Below are positions 36,871 through 49,430 of a stretch of DNA of 64,000 nt, one piece after another. The translations under genes were made by a program, and so were the position numbers. The notes under the pieces were generated by a model. The model searched no databases. It was not told where the DNA came from and worked only from the letters and a program-made list of their open reading frames with translations. Numbering within the stretch: the stretch's first letter is position 1; each line of letters opens with the position of its first letter. Source of the stretch: Mobula hypostoma (lineage: Eukaryota); the NCBI RefSeq assembly GCF_963921235.1, contig NC_086097.1, positions 115,198,001 through 115,262,000 of the forward strand. The letters run 5' to 3'.

Positions 36871-38149
36871 ATTTAATGTTGCTATGTTTCCAAGAGTAAC
36901 AGTACATATGGATTTAATACTAACATTAAAAAAAATTAAAACCACATACTGATTTTATATACCAGATTATAAATTGAGTTTACGTGCATTCAACATCATA
37001 GTAACAATTTATACAGTTTTAGGCCATTTATGATCTGCAAAAGCCAAAGTTTTTTCCATCACAACAAAAAAGGTCTTGCTTGTACTTTTTGAAATTGGTT
37101 TTATATACAGCCTTTTGGAGAAGAGTTGAGCTCAAAGCGTTTGGATTTAGTGGTAGGTAGATGAAAGCAGAAAATCAGAAATACAAGGTTATCAACCTGG
37201 ATCTATTTCTCCTCTATCAAGAGTAGGGCTGGGCCTGGACACTTGTGATTGCTTTGCCATTTAAAATAGGGCTGCTGTTCTATTCTTCTTGAAATTCAAT
37301 GAGTAAATACACGATGGTGAACCTGAATCTTATCGACCCTCGAGTTTGAAAAATTAACTGTCCCTTAATAACTAAGTTAGCTAATCCCAGGCAACACATC
37401 ACTGAGATGTTGCAGTTGACAAGTGCCCTTGAACCGGAGAGATGTAGACAAAGATCTCTGATACTACAGCAGCTTAATGGATAGCCCAGCTGACTGCAAG
37501 ACAGGAAACAGTGAGCAGGGGTAAAAGCCAACCTTTCAGAATGACAGAAAGTGAAAAGTCTTTCCACAAAGGTCAGCTGGTGTTCATTATTTTTAATAAG
37601 CTGTCTCGGCTTTGGAATCAAAAGCACAATTTCTCAATTTATGTGACAAGATATTAGGAGGGGTATTTAATACAGAGCAGGACAGCAACAATTAATTAAC
37701 TTACAAAACGCTCTTCTGATTGGCAAATGGATTTCAATACAGGTTAATGTAGGATGTTACATTTTCGTTCAGTGCAGGTTAAGAAAGGATTCTAAAGAGG
37801 ATGGATGAGTAAAAGGACCAAAGAGTTCAAATATACAACCATCACCACAAGGTGCAGGGATAAAAAACCCATAAGTACGCATGAGGGACAATTTACAGTG
37901 GTTAATTAACCCACAAATCCATATGCCCTTGTGTGTGGGAGGAAACAGGGGTACGTGAAGGAAATCACATGGTCAAAGGGAGATCAAACAAACCCCATAC
38001 AAACAGCACTTGATATTAGTATTGGCCTCCCTCTCGTTCTCCTCCTCCATCCCTTTCTTCTGTGATCCACTGTCCTCTCCTATCACATTTCTCCTTCTTC
38101 AGCCCTTTACTTCTTCCACCTATCACCTCACACTTCCCTACTTCACCCG

Positions 38150-39670
38150 TGGGAGATCGAACATAGAAAATCTGCATTGTTTGTGGAGCCCAAAAGGCGA
38201 TGCCTCGCCCTCATCTCAGATACTCTCTGCATACAGACCACCTGTTAAACGAGTTAGGGCAGTTCACAGGGAGATCAGGACTTGGCCAGAAGGTACCACC
38301 TTAGCATTGTAGGACTGTTTCAGAAGCATGAGCTGGAGCATATTCAGGGAGGTGCCTCCCTATGGCCATTCTGTCATCATTGATGAACATGTGGGATCGG
38401 TGACAGGTTACTTAGGAAAATGCATTGAGGATGTTACCGTGATTAAACATTACACTGCCAGGGCAAACCAGAAACCATGGCTGACTGCAGAGGTTCGTGT
38501 ACTGCTTAGTGATCGGGACGTTGCCGTCAGATTGGGGGACAGGATGACTCTAAGGTCAGTAAGAGGGGCTCTTTCCCTGCCATCAGGAAGGCAAAGTGTG
38601 AATACACACAGAAAATCCACAGACACCTTTGTGATACCAGGGACATGTGGCGTATGTGGCAAGGTATACAAATCATAACCAATTATAAGTCCACCCTGCA
38701 CATCAACAACAATGAAGCCTCCCTTCCTGATAGGCCGAATGATTTCTATGTACGACCTGACCAACTGAAGGATGTAACATTGAGGAAAGCCCCCTTGTCT
38801 TCCAGAGGAACAGGCACCCTGTTTGCCCACAGCCGAGGTGAGGAGGGAAAACTCACACAAAGCTGCAGGTCTGGACATCATGCCTCCTCAGGTGCAGAAG
38901 GACTGTGCAACCCAGCTAACAAAGGTCTTAACGGGCCTCCTTAATATCTCTCTGAAACAGACCATTATCCCAGCTGGCTTCAAGGCAGCCACCAACACTC
39001 TGGTGCCCAACAAAGTAACGGTAACTGGCTTAAAAGATTACCGCCCAGAGCCGATGACTTCAACAATCATGAAGTGCTTGGAGTGGCTGGTAATGGATCG
39101 TAAAATATCCCATCTGCCAGCGACATTGGACTCTTTCCAGTCTGTCTACCACTCAAACCTGTCCACTGATGATACCATAGCCACGGCCCTCCTGTCCCAC
39201 TTGGAAAATGATGCCTTGTATGCCAGGATGTTGTTCATCAATTTCAGCTCGGTGTTTAGCATAATCATCACTCAGAGGCTGGTGGGTAACCATTCGTGAG
39301 GGACTGAATCTTGGACTTCTTGATGGAAAGACCCCAGTCAGTCTGAGTCGGCAGCATCTCCATCATGCTGAACACTAGTGCCCCCCAGGACTGTGTGCTC
39401 TGCCCACTGCTGTTCACACTGCTGACTCACGACTGCCCTGCCAGATCCAGCTCAAACTGCATCATCAAGTTTGCTGATGATACAACAGTGGCTGGTCTCG
39501 TCAGCAAAAATGATGAGTCAGAATACAGAGAGGCTTGTCAAATGGTGTGAGAGCAATAACCTGACTCTCAACATGAACAAGACAAAAGGAAGCTACAGGC
39601 TGACCTCTCTCCATTGCACCTCAATGGCTCTGCCTTGGAGAGAGTGGAGAGCATAAAGTTCCTTGGTGTG
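38150..39670 (+). mobile_element. Rex1/Babar-like LINE fragment
   Basis: NQKPW, KAAGLD, DYRP..TSTIMKCLE, APQDCVLCPLLF, KFADDTTV. Confidence 0.82.
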
Positions 39671-39751
39671 CTGAAGGGTCTCCAAAACGTTGACTGTACC
39701 TCTTCCTATAGATGCTGCCTGGCCTGCTGCGTTCACCAGCAATTTTTGTGT

Positions 39752-40300
39752 GTACTGTGAGCAGTTTTGGGCCCCTTATCTGAGAAAGGATGTCCTGGCA
39801 TTGGAGGTGGTCCAGAGGAGGTTCATAAGAATGATCCCAGGAAAGAAAGGATTATTGAATGGGGAGCATTGGTGGCTCTGGCCTTGTACTTATTGGAGTT
39901 TACAATAATGAGGGAGATCTCTACTAAATATTGAAATGTCTAGATAGAGTGGATGTGGAGAGCATGTTTCCTGCAGTGGGGTAGTCTAGCACCACAGGGT
40001 ACAGATTCAGAATAGAAGCGTGTCCCTTTAGAACAGAGATGAGGTGGAATTTCTTTAAGCAGGAGATGGTGAATATGTGGAATTCTTTGCCAAAGACAGC
40101 TGTGGAGGCGAAATCATTGGGTATACTGTATTTAAAGGGGACGTTGATAGCTTCCTAATTAATGAGGGCATCAAAAGTTACAGGGAGAAGGCAGAACAAT
40201 GGGATTGAGAGGGATAATAAACAGGCCTGAAGGAATGGCAGAGCAGACTTGATGGGCTGAATGGTCTAATTCTGTTCCTATCTCTTATGGTTTATGGCCT
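39752..40300 (+). mobile_element. CR1 3' fragment (preceded by a PLE repeat piece 39670-39752)
   Basis: YCEQFWAPYLRKDVLALE.VQRRF motif and CR1 tail. Confidence 0.8.
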
Positions 40301-41090
40301 TAATGGGAAACTAGATAAGAATCAGGGTGGGAAGGCAACTGAGATCTACTGGGAAAAGGACATAAAATGACAGATGGGGAATTTCCAGAGAGGCATAACC
40401 ACTAATATATTACATTGGAATTGTACTAATTAACCCTACTTTGCCCAAAGAGATTCATCATTGACCCATCTTGGTATCATCACAACCCCAACAATTCTCA
40501 GTGAGCAGTGGCAATTTGTATTGATCCTCTATGCCGTTGGTAGAAGAAAAACAAAAAAAACAGAAAAAAATGCTGGAAAACTGGACTAAAACAGGAAATG
40601 CTCAAAACCACACACTTAGAGTATTGTGTATGGTTTTGGTCACCCCGCTATCGGAAAGACATCTCTAAGATGGAGGGCAGCATGGCAGCACAGTAGCTAG
40701 CTTGACATCATTACAGCTGGGGTGTCCAGCAGTTAAGAGTTTAATTCCAACACTGTTCTGTAAGGAGTCTCTGAAGGTCCTCTCTGTAGAATGTGTGGGT
40801 TTTCTCTGGGTGCTCCAGTTTCCTTCCACAGTCTAATGACACACCAGGTTATCCAGTGATTAGATTGGAGTTCATCAGGTTTGTCGGGGTTGCTGAGGCG
40901 AAGTGGTTTGAAGGACCTGAAGGGCTTGCTCCGCACTGTGTGCTAAATAAAAAAATTACATAAACACAGTCAGGCAGACAACATCTGTGGAGCTGTCAAA
41001 AATTCTTCAACTTGAGACTTCAACTCTTTTTCATTTTTCACAGTTAGGTGTCACCACACATTTCCATAAGACCATAAGACATAGGAGTAG

Positions 41091-43857
41091 ACCTCACTTT
41101 GGGAAGTCTGACCACCTGGCTGCACTTCTACTCCCTGAGTATAGGCAGAGACTGAAGACTGCAGCACCGGCAGTGAGGACCAAGAAGATATGGACAAGGG
41201 AAGCATAGGAGTGCCTATAGGACTGCTTTGAATCGATGGACTGGACTGTATTCAGGGATTCATCTTTGAATCTGGATGAGTATGCTGCAGTTACCAACTT
41301 CACTAAAATCTGTGTGGATGAGTGTGTGCCCACAAAGACTTACTGTACATTCCTAAACCAAAAGCCGTGGATGAAGCAAAGAGGTACTTCGTCTACTGAA
41401 GGCTAGATTTGTGGCATTCAAGTCTGGCAACCCAGGCCTTACCAGAAAACCAGGTATGATTTGTGGAGGGCTATTTCAAGGGCGAAGAGACAATGTCAAA
41501 CGAGGTGGAGATGATATCAGATGTATGGCAACTCTGGCAGGGACTACAAGACATTACTTCCTACAAAGTGCAACCCAATAGTATGAATGGCAGCAATACT
41601 TCACTACCAGATGAACTCAATGCCTTCTAAACATGCTTTGAAAGGTAAAACACAACTACAGCTGTGAAGATCCCTACTGCACCTGATGACCCTGTGATCT
41701 CTGTCTCAGAAGCTGATGTTAGGCTGTCTTTAAGGAGAGTGAACCCACGCAAGGTAGAAGGTCCCGATGGAGTACCTGGTAAGGCTCTGAAAAGCTGTGC
41801 CAACAAACTAGCGGGAGTATTCAAGGACATTTTCAACCTCTCACTGCTATGGGCAGAAGTTCCCACTCGCTTCAAAAAGGCAACAATCATACCAGTGCCT
41901 AAGAAGAATAACATGGGCCGCTCTAATGACTATTGCCTGGTAGCACTCACATCAACAGTGATGAAATGCTTGAGGGGTTGGTTATGACTAGACTGAACTC
42001 CTGCCTCAGCAAAGACCTGGACCCATTGCAATTTTCCTACGTCACAATAGGTCAATAGTCGACGCAATCTCAATGGCTCTCCACATGGCCTGAGACCACC
42101 TGGACAACACAAACACTGACATCAGGATGCTGCTCATCAACTATAGCTCGGTATTTAGTACCATCATTCCCACAATCCTGTCTGAGATGTTGCAGAACCT
42201 GGGCCTCTGTACCTCCCTCTTCAATTGGATCCTCGACTTCCTAACCGGAAAACCACAGTCTGTGCAGATTGGTGATAACATATCCTCCTTGCTGATGATC
42301 AACACTGGCACATCTCAGGGGTGTGTACTTAGCCCATGCTATATACACATGACTGTGTGGCTAGGCATAGCTCAAATGATGATACAGCTAGGAAGAATCT
42401 CAGGTGGTGACAAGAGGGTGTAAATGGCATTCGTTAGTCTTGCAAAACCATGGATCTGTGCCTGGAAAGTCTTGCATCAGTCTCTCAAGGCGCAGGCCTA
42501 GGCAAGGTTGTATGGAGGACCGGCAGTTGCCCAAACAGCAAGTGTCCCCTCTCCACGCCACCGATGTTGTCCAAGGGAAGGGCAAGGGCCGATACAGCTT
42601 GGCACCAGTGTCAGCTCAGGGGTTGCCAGAGCGAGGTTGAAAACAACTTCCGACTGCCTTTGGGACTCCAGCTCCAGATTTGTCTTCAGGGTTTACTCCC
42701 GAAGCCTTTCCCATAAGTGGGTATGGCCACAAGGCAGCAAAGTTTGAAATCAGAGCTTTACCTCTGTTAGATGGACCGCCTTCCCAGGCTGACGAGCTCC
42801 ATCTACCCAAAGCACTGGTTTTAAGGCGCCGGGACCCACCTTCGCCCTTTCTCCTGTCAGTAGAAATAGTTCCGCCGGGCTTAGAGGCTAAGCCACACAA
42901 GAAGGCCAGGAGTTGGACATGGTTGTCAGAGGCTATTTGAGGCGCATGCCATGAGGAGCACTTTTAGGTAGTGGGAGCTTGTCCCCACTACCACCCCTCA
43001 GGGTGTACAGGAGTGAGATATGCCAACTAGTAGAATGGTGCTACAGCAACAACCTGGCACTCAACGTCAGTAAGATGAAAGAGCTGATTGTGGACTTCAG
43101 GAAGGGTAAGACGAAGGAACACATATCAATCCTCATAGAGGGATCAGAAGTGGAGAGAGTGAGCAGCTTCAAGTTCCTGGGTGTCAAGATCTCTGATGAT
43201 CTAACCTGGTCTGAACATATCGATGTAGTCATAAAGAAGGCAAGACAGCGGCTATACTTTATTAGGAGCTTGAAGAGATTTAGCATGTCAACAAATACAC
43301 TCAAAAAATTCTATAGCTGTACCGTGGAGAGCATTCTGACAGGCTGCATCACTGTCTGGTATGGAGAGGCTACTGCACAGGACCAAAAGAAGCTACAGAA
43401 GGTTGTAAATCTAGTCAGTTCCATTCTGGGCACTAGTCTGCAAAGTACCCAGGACATCTTTAGGGAGCGGTGTCTCAGAAAGGCAGCGTCCATTATTAAA
43501 GACCTCCAGCACCCAGGGCATGTCCTTTTCTCACTGTTACCATCAGGTAGGAGATACAGAAGCTTGAAGGCACACACTCAGTGATTCAGAAACAGCTTCT
43601 TCCTCTCTGCCATCTGATTCCCAAATGGACATTGAAGGTTTGGACACTACCTCACTTTTTTTTTAATATACAGTATTTCTGTTTTTACATGTTTTTTTTC
43701 AATCTATCCAATATACGCAATTGATTTACTTGTTAATTTATTATTATGATGTTTTATTTAATTTATTTTTTTTCTCTCTCTGCTAGATTATGTATTGCAT
43801 TGAACTGCTGCTGCTAAGTTAACAAATCACATGCCAGTGTTAATAAAACTGATTCTG
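41091..43857 (+). mobile_element. Rex1/Babar-like LINE inserted in a minus-strand CR1 and interrupted by family H
   Basis: PHFGKSDH, GPDGVPG, ATIIPVPKK, ORF 42979-43584 (FKFLGV..KKARQRLYF..LPSGRRYRS); AATAAA + ctgatt tail; CR1 tail at 41063-41090 resumes at 43858. Confidence 0.86.
42423..42999 (-). mobile_element. Non-coding retroposon family H (577 bp) with candidate HDV-like ribozyme
   Basis: 8-bp TSD agggtgta 42415-42422 / 43000-43007 restoring the host Rex1 frame GDKRVYRSEI; pseudoknot core at 42851-42912. Confidence 0.85.
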
Positions 43858-44845
43858 AATTAGGCCATTTGGCCCATCAAATATGCTCCACCATTCAATC
43901 ATGGCTGATCCTTTATTTCCCTCCTCAGGCCCACTGCCTGGCCTTCTACCCGTAACCTCTAATGCCATATCCAATCAAGAACCTATCAATCTCAGTCTTA
44001 AATCACCCAACAACCTGGCCTCCACAGCTATCTGTGGTAATAAATTCCACAAATTCACCACCCTCTGGCTAAAGAAATTTCTTCGCATTCCTGTTTTGAA
44101 TGGACGCCTCTCAATCCCGAGGTAGTGCCCTCAAGTCTTAGACTCCCCCACCATGGGAAACATCCTACTCTGTCTAGGTCTTTTAACATTCGAAAGGTTT
44201 CAATGAGATCCCCCATCATCCTTCTAAATTCCAGTGAGTACAGGCCAAGAGCTATCAAACATTCCTTGTATCATAACGCTTTCATTCCTGGAGCCATCCT
44301 TGTGGACCTCCCTTGAACCTTCTCCAATGCCAGCAAGTGTTTTCTTAGATGGGGAGCCCAAAACTGTTCACAATACCCAAGGTGAGGCCGCACCAGTGCC
44401 TGATAAAACCTCAGAATCATATCCCTGCTCCTGTATTATAGATTTCTTGAAATGAATGCTAACATTGCATTTGCCTTTCTCACCACCAACTCTATCTGCA
44501 AGTTAACCTTTAGATTGTTCTGCACAAGGACTCCCAAGTCCCATTGTACCTTCAATTTTTTTGAATTTTCTCCCTGTTTAGAAAGCAGTCTGCACATTTA
44601 TTTCTAATACCAAAGTGCATGACCATGCATTTTCCGACATTGTAATTAATTTGCCACTTTCTCCCCCATTCTCCTAATTGGCCTAAGTCCTTCTGCAGCC
44701 TACCTGTTTCCTCAACACTACCTGCCTCTCTAACAATCTTCATATCATCTGCAAACTTGGTAATAAAGCCATCTATTCCATCATCTCAATCATTGATATA
44801 CAGCATAAAAAGAAGCGGTCCCAACACCGACCTCTTTGGAACTCC
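43858..44845 (-). mobile_element. CR1 3' portion
   Basis: Minus strand LGLYSLEFRRMMGDLIE, RLQKDL, KFADD region. Confidence 0.82.
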
Positions 44846-45654
44846 AGTGCCCACATAGCATGCCCATAATATTCAGCATGACATAGAACATAACAAAGCG
44901 GAAGCCAACGAGCAACAAAAAAACCTAATGAAACGAGCCCTCCTCCTCCCGTCCACCTTCCCACCAACTCTCACACAGACAGGATTCCAGGCCTCCAGGC
45001 TCATGTGGATGTGCAGACTCACAGAAAAATTGCCTCTGCCTTCCCCAGTGGATTCTCAGACTCACAGGCCCAGGGCTTCTGCCACAGGGCTTCGATCTCC
45101 AACCAACCTTCAGTCTTCGATCTTCTCTATTGACCCCTCAGGGACTAGCCTGAGACGAAAGCTTGATTCAGCCAGGACCGCTTTGGTTTTAAATTGCTTG
45201 CTTACTTGTGGCCTCCCACTGTTCCTCTAAACCCCACCCCGGCTCATAATCTCCCAGTAAATTCCCTGGCCCAGATGGGCACTTAACCATAAGGCTCCAG
45301 ACTCCAGACTTCTCTATTTATCTCTCCTCTGCTCCAAATATTCTGAACATGTCCCTGGATCCTGTCTGTATTTTTATTAATTACGCTCTGCAGCCCTTAG
45401 GTCGACATTATTTATTTTCAGATATCTTCAAATCAACTAACGTGAATGAATGATTAGTGGGAGTATTTTGATTCCAAATGCCCAGATGAAACTTATCGAT
45501 AGCATTGTGTCATGTCATCTAGACATAAGCAAAAAAATGAAATCACATTGATATGTTAGTTTTCAGTGCCAAACAACTCAGCATTTATTTTACCTGGATT
45601 AAAGCGCATTTTCTGGTGATCTTACACTGAAGGTGAAACTTAATCAAAATCAGA

Positions 45655-45965
45655 ATCAAACTGTTCCTGAATCATTGAGTGTGTGCCTTCGGGCTCCTGT
45701 ACCTCCTCCATGATGGGAGCAATGAGAAGAGGGTACATCTTGGGTGACGGGTGTTCTTAATGATGTATGTGGCCTTTTTGAGGCATCATTCCTTGTACAC
45801 ATCCTGAATGCTGGGGAGCTAGTGCCCATGATGGAGCTTTTTGCGATCCCGTGCAGAAGCCCCCTGCCCCCACCATACCAGATGGTGATGCAGTCTGTCA
45901 GAATGCTCTCCATGGTACATCTGTAGAAATTTGCGATTGTATTTGATGACATACCAAATCTCTTT
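45655..45965 (-). mobile_element. Rex1/Babar-like 3' fragment
   Basis: NFYRCTMESILTDCITIWYG. Confidence 0.75.
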
Positions 45966-46763
45966 AAAATATGGGCTTTTAGAATTAGGCCTTTCTTGTC
46001 ATGTTCTATGTTAGCACACTAACGTTTTCCCTTCATAAGACATACTGTATATTCTAAACTGCAGCAACATGAATTGGAACTCTACAAGTTGGAATTTCTA
46101 ATCTGTCAAGGTCATTGGTAAATGATTTATTCTTTACTTCCTATTTGATATTTCCTTATTACCTCAGAGGAGGTAATTTGGTCCATCAAATCTCTGACAA
46201 CTCTAGGAGCAGTTCCAAAGGTCACAGGCAAAGCCCTTCCACCACTGAGCACATTTACAAGAAGCACTGACACACGAAAGCAGCATCCATCGTCAAGGAC
46301 TCCCATCATCTAGGTCATGCAGTTATTACCTTACAACCACCAGATTCTGGAATTGGCGTGGAGAACTTCACTCACCTCAACTCTGAACTGATTCTACAAC
46401 CTATGGACTCACTTTCAAGACTCTACAACTCATGTTCTCAACATTATTTATTTATTTTTATTTACACAATTTTTCTTCTTTTGCACATTGGTTGTTGTCA
46501 GTCTATGTAGATTTTCAGAAACTCTAACATATTTCTTTATTTTCTTCTAAATTCCTGCAAGAAAATAAATCTCAAGGTGGTATATGGTGACATATATGTA
46601 CTTTGATAATACAGTTACTTTGACTTTGTAATCCTTTTTTTTTTGCTTATTTCTCTTTCTCCTTCACATGCCGTCAAGACAGACACCAACACCAGTGACA
46701 TTAATCTAGTTGTGGGAGAAAACATATGCAGTTACTTGGAGAATCTATCATTTTCACATAGAC

Positions 46764-46868
46764 CAGTAGTTCCCAATCCTGGGATCCACGGAGCCCTTGT
46801 TTAATAGTCCATAGTATATATGGTCCATAGTACATGGTCTATAGTATAAAACCAGTCGAGAAATCCTG
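46764..46868. mobile_element. Degenerate hAT MITE related to 31243-31322
   Basis: CAGTAGTTCCCAA...AAATCCTG ends, imperfect TSD acatagac/acagtgac, internal triplication of gtccatagta. Confidence 0.55.
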
Positions 46869-47424
46869 ACAGTGACAGAACCAGAGGTCAGAATCAAATG
46901 CAATCAATTGTACTATCTGTCATCCCACTGTTCTGTAATTTAAAAGTGGCACTGCTATCTTCAGTATAGCTCAGAGGGCAATAACAGAATAAGAGAGTGC
47001 TCAAGCAGTGTCCCAAAGTTCACAGAGAGAGCTTAAATCATCAGGTATTTTGGTTGCTGAGCAACCTGTTCAATGAGTGCATCTGTATTAATACTAATGG
47101 CATTAAGTATTATTGGAGGCTCCAGGAGAGAGAGTCGAGAACCACAGAGCACACAGCACAGAAATGTCCATCTATGGAGTCTGTCTGCACAGAATATTTC
47201 CAGGTAACGGATCACATCTTGTTCTCCCTGATAAATTCCCTACCTTGGGCCTTCTAAGGCTGTCCCATTCTGTGGTGTGACCTTTTACCATATTCTTAGG
47301 CCTGAACTTTTCCCTGTGAAACTCTCAGCTTTGTGGGTTTGAACTGTAATAAATAGCTGCTTCTGATCCCCGTCAAATATCTCTGTTTGTTTCTCACCAC
47401 TGCATTGGAGAGGTCACCACAATA

Positions 47425-47775
47425 CCATAAGTCATAATTAGGCCATTCAGTCCATTGAGTCTGCTCTGCCATTCCACCATGGCTGATTTACTATCCCTCT
47501 CAACCTCATTCTCCTGCCTTCTTCCTGGAACCTTTGACATACTCATGAACCTATCAACCTCAGTTTTAAATATACCCAATGACTTTGCCTCTACAGACAT
47601 CTGTGGCAATGAATTCCACAGATTTACCACTCTCTGGTTAAAGAAATTTCTCCTCATTTCTATTCAGAAGGGACATTGTTGTATTCTAAGGCTGTGCCCT
47701 CTGGTCCTAAAGTTCCTCACTATAGGGAACATCCTCTCCACATGCACTCTATCTGGGCCCTTCATTGTTCAATAG
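47425..47775 (-). mobile_element. CR1 3' fragment
   Basis: MRRNFFNQRVVNLWNSLP (ORF 47394-47657). Confidence 0.8.
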
Positions 47776-48200
47776 AAGCTTTGAGTTCACAAAGGAAGGA
47801 TTTAGAGTCATACTCTATAATTCGTCGGCTCATAGAGTTCTGAGCACAGAAGAAGGTCCTTTAGGCTACCTATTTGTGTTGAACTATTTTTCTGGCTAGA
47901 CCCACCTGATTCCATTCAGGAGAACCTGGCATATATGGACTTCGGGCATTGTTAGCATTTCTAATTTTACCAGTTATAGGAACCCATTGTTTATATTTCC
48001 AATCCATCATGACTAAGGAATTGATTGTGGACTTCAGGAAGGGAAAGATGGGAGTCCTCATCGAGGTTTTAGCAGAGGAACAGATGAATAAGTTCAAGTG
48101 CCTGGGTGTAAACATCTTCCTCAGGTCAGCATATTGATGCAATTACGAAGAAGGTACCCATCAGGTATATGTTGTGGTGTTGTTACTGGACCATGTAAGG

Positions 48201-49430
48201 CAAGGGTCCCCAACTTTTTTTGTGCTGCAGACCGGTTTAATATTGACAATGTTCTTGCGGACCGGCCGACCGGGGTGGGGGGGCGGGTAGGGTTGCCAAC
48301 AGACAAGAGTAGCAGTCAAATACGTTGTGTTTACTCCAAGAAAGACTACCATGACCATGAAGCCTTGTGCGGGCACCAGTGCACATGTGTGGCTTGCGCA
48401 CGCGTGTATGTGCCGATGTTTTTCTACAAATCATTTTTGGCGATTCTGTTTTGGCGGGGGGTAGGGTGTTAATCACGACCGGAATACAGGTGATAAGTGG
48501 CTAATACACTCAATTTCGTTTCTAGAAGGGTTTATCTAACGAATTTAATATTAAACACACAGCGCATATTTTCCTTGCATGAACATAGTGATAAGTCAAT
48601 TATCAGGGGAGGACAGGGGAGCTTGAAGTAAGTGTTGAATGAACTTCCAGTGGAAATGGTAGAGGCAGGTTCGATATTATCATTTAAAGAAAAATTGGAT
48701 AGGATATGGACAGGAAAGGAATGGAGGGTTATGGGCTGAGTGCAGGTCGGTGGGACTAGGCGAGAGTAAGAGTTCGGCATGGACTAGAAGGGCAGAGATG
48801 GCCTGTTTCCACGCTGTAATTGTTATATGGTTATATAAGTCACTTATAAGTCAATAGCATCATAACATTTTAAGTAACGTTTGGATATTAAACACACAGC
48901 GCATATTTTCCCGTATGAACATATAAAATCATTGCAACACACCAGTATCGCTGAATCAGTGGGAGCCCCGGGCTTGATTCCCTGCAACAAGACGGTCCTA
49001 TCGAGGGGTGATGGGAGACAGCGATACTCGAAGGGGGTTCCTTATGTCCAGTCTATTCTGCAATTTAGTTTTTGTTGCATTCATTGCAGAGACATGTTGG
49101 AAATGGAAGCAACATTTTCAGTGCTTTCATGGCTATCTCAGGATATTTAGCCTTGACTTTGATCCAGAATGCCGGCAGAGATGTTATGTCAAACATACTT
49201 TTCAGCCCGCCATCATTTGCAAGCACGAGGAGTTGATCTCCTTCCCGCGCTGACATGGATGACGCGCAGGTAATGACCTCGCATGCGTTCAAGTTCAACA
49301 GTATGCGTGACAGGGAATGAGGAAAGGTGCAGCTGACTCATATCACCAAATCGTATCGTTTCCTCGCGGCCCGACAGCACATGCTTTGCGGGCCGGTACA
49401 GGTCCGCGGCCTGGTGGTTGGGGACCGCTG
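48201..49430 (-). mobile_element. hAT (Charlie/Buster group) deletion derivative
   Basis: TIRs CAAGGGTCCCCAAC / GTTGGGGACCGCTG; TSD ATGTAAGG 48193-48200 / ATGTAAAG 49431-49438; transposase C-terminus FWIKVKAKYPEIAMKALKMLLPFPT..TKLQNRLDI..QARGSH* at ~48955-49260. Confidence 0.9.

Noticed and set aside
37280..37627. 115-aa Cys-rich minus-strand ORF with an internal acceptor-like site
   Set aside because: No recognisable domain or convincing donor
42400..42940. Cluster of overlapping ORFs
   Set aside because: GC-rich family H sequence; ORFs not preserved in the other two copies
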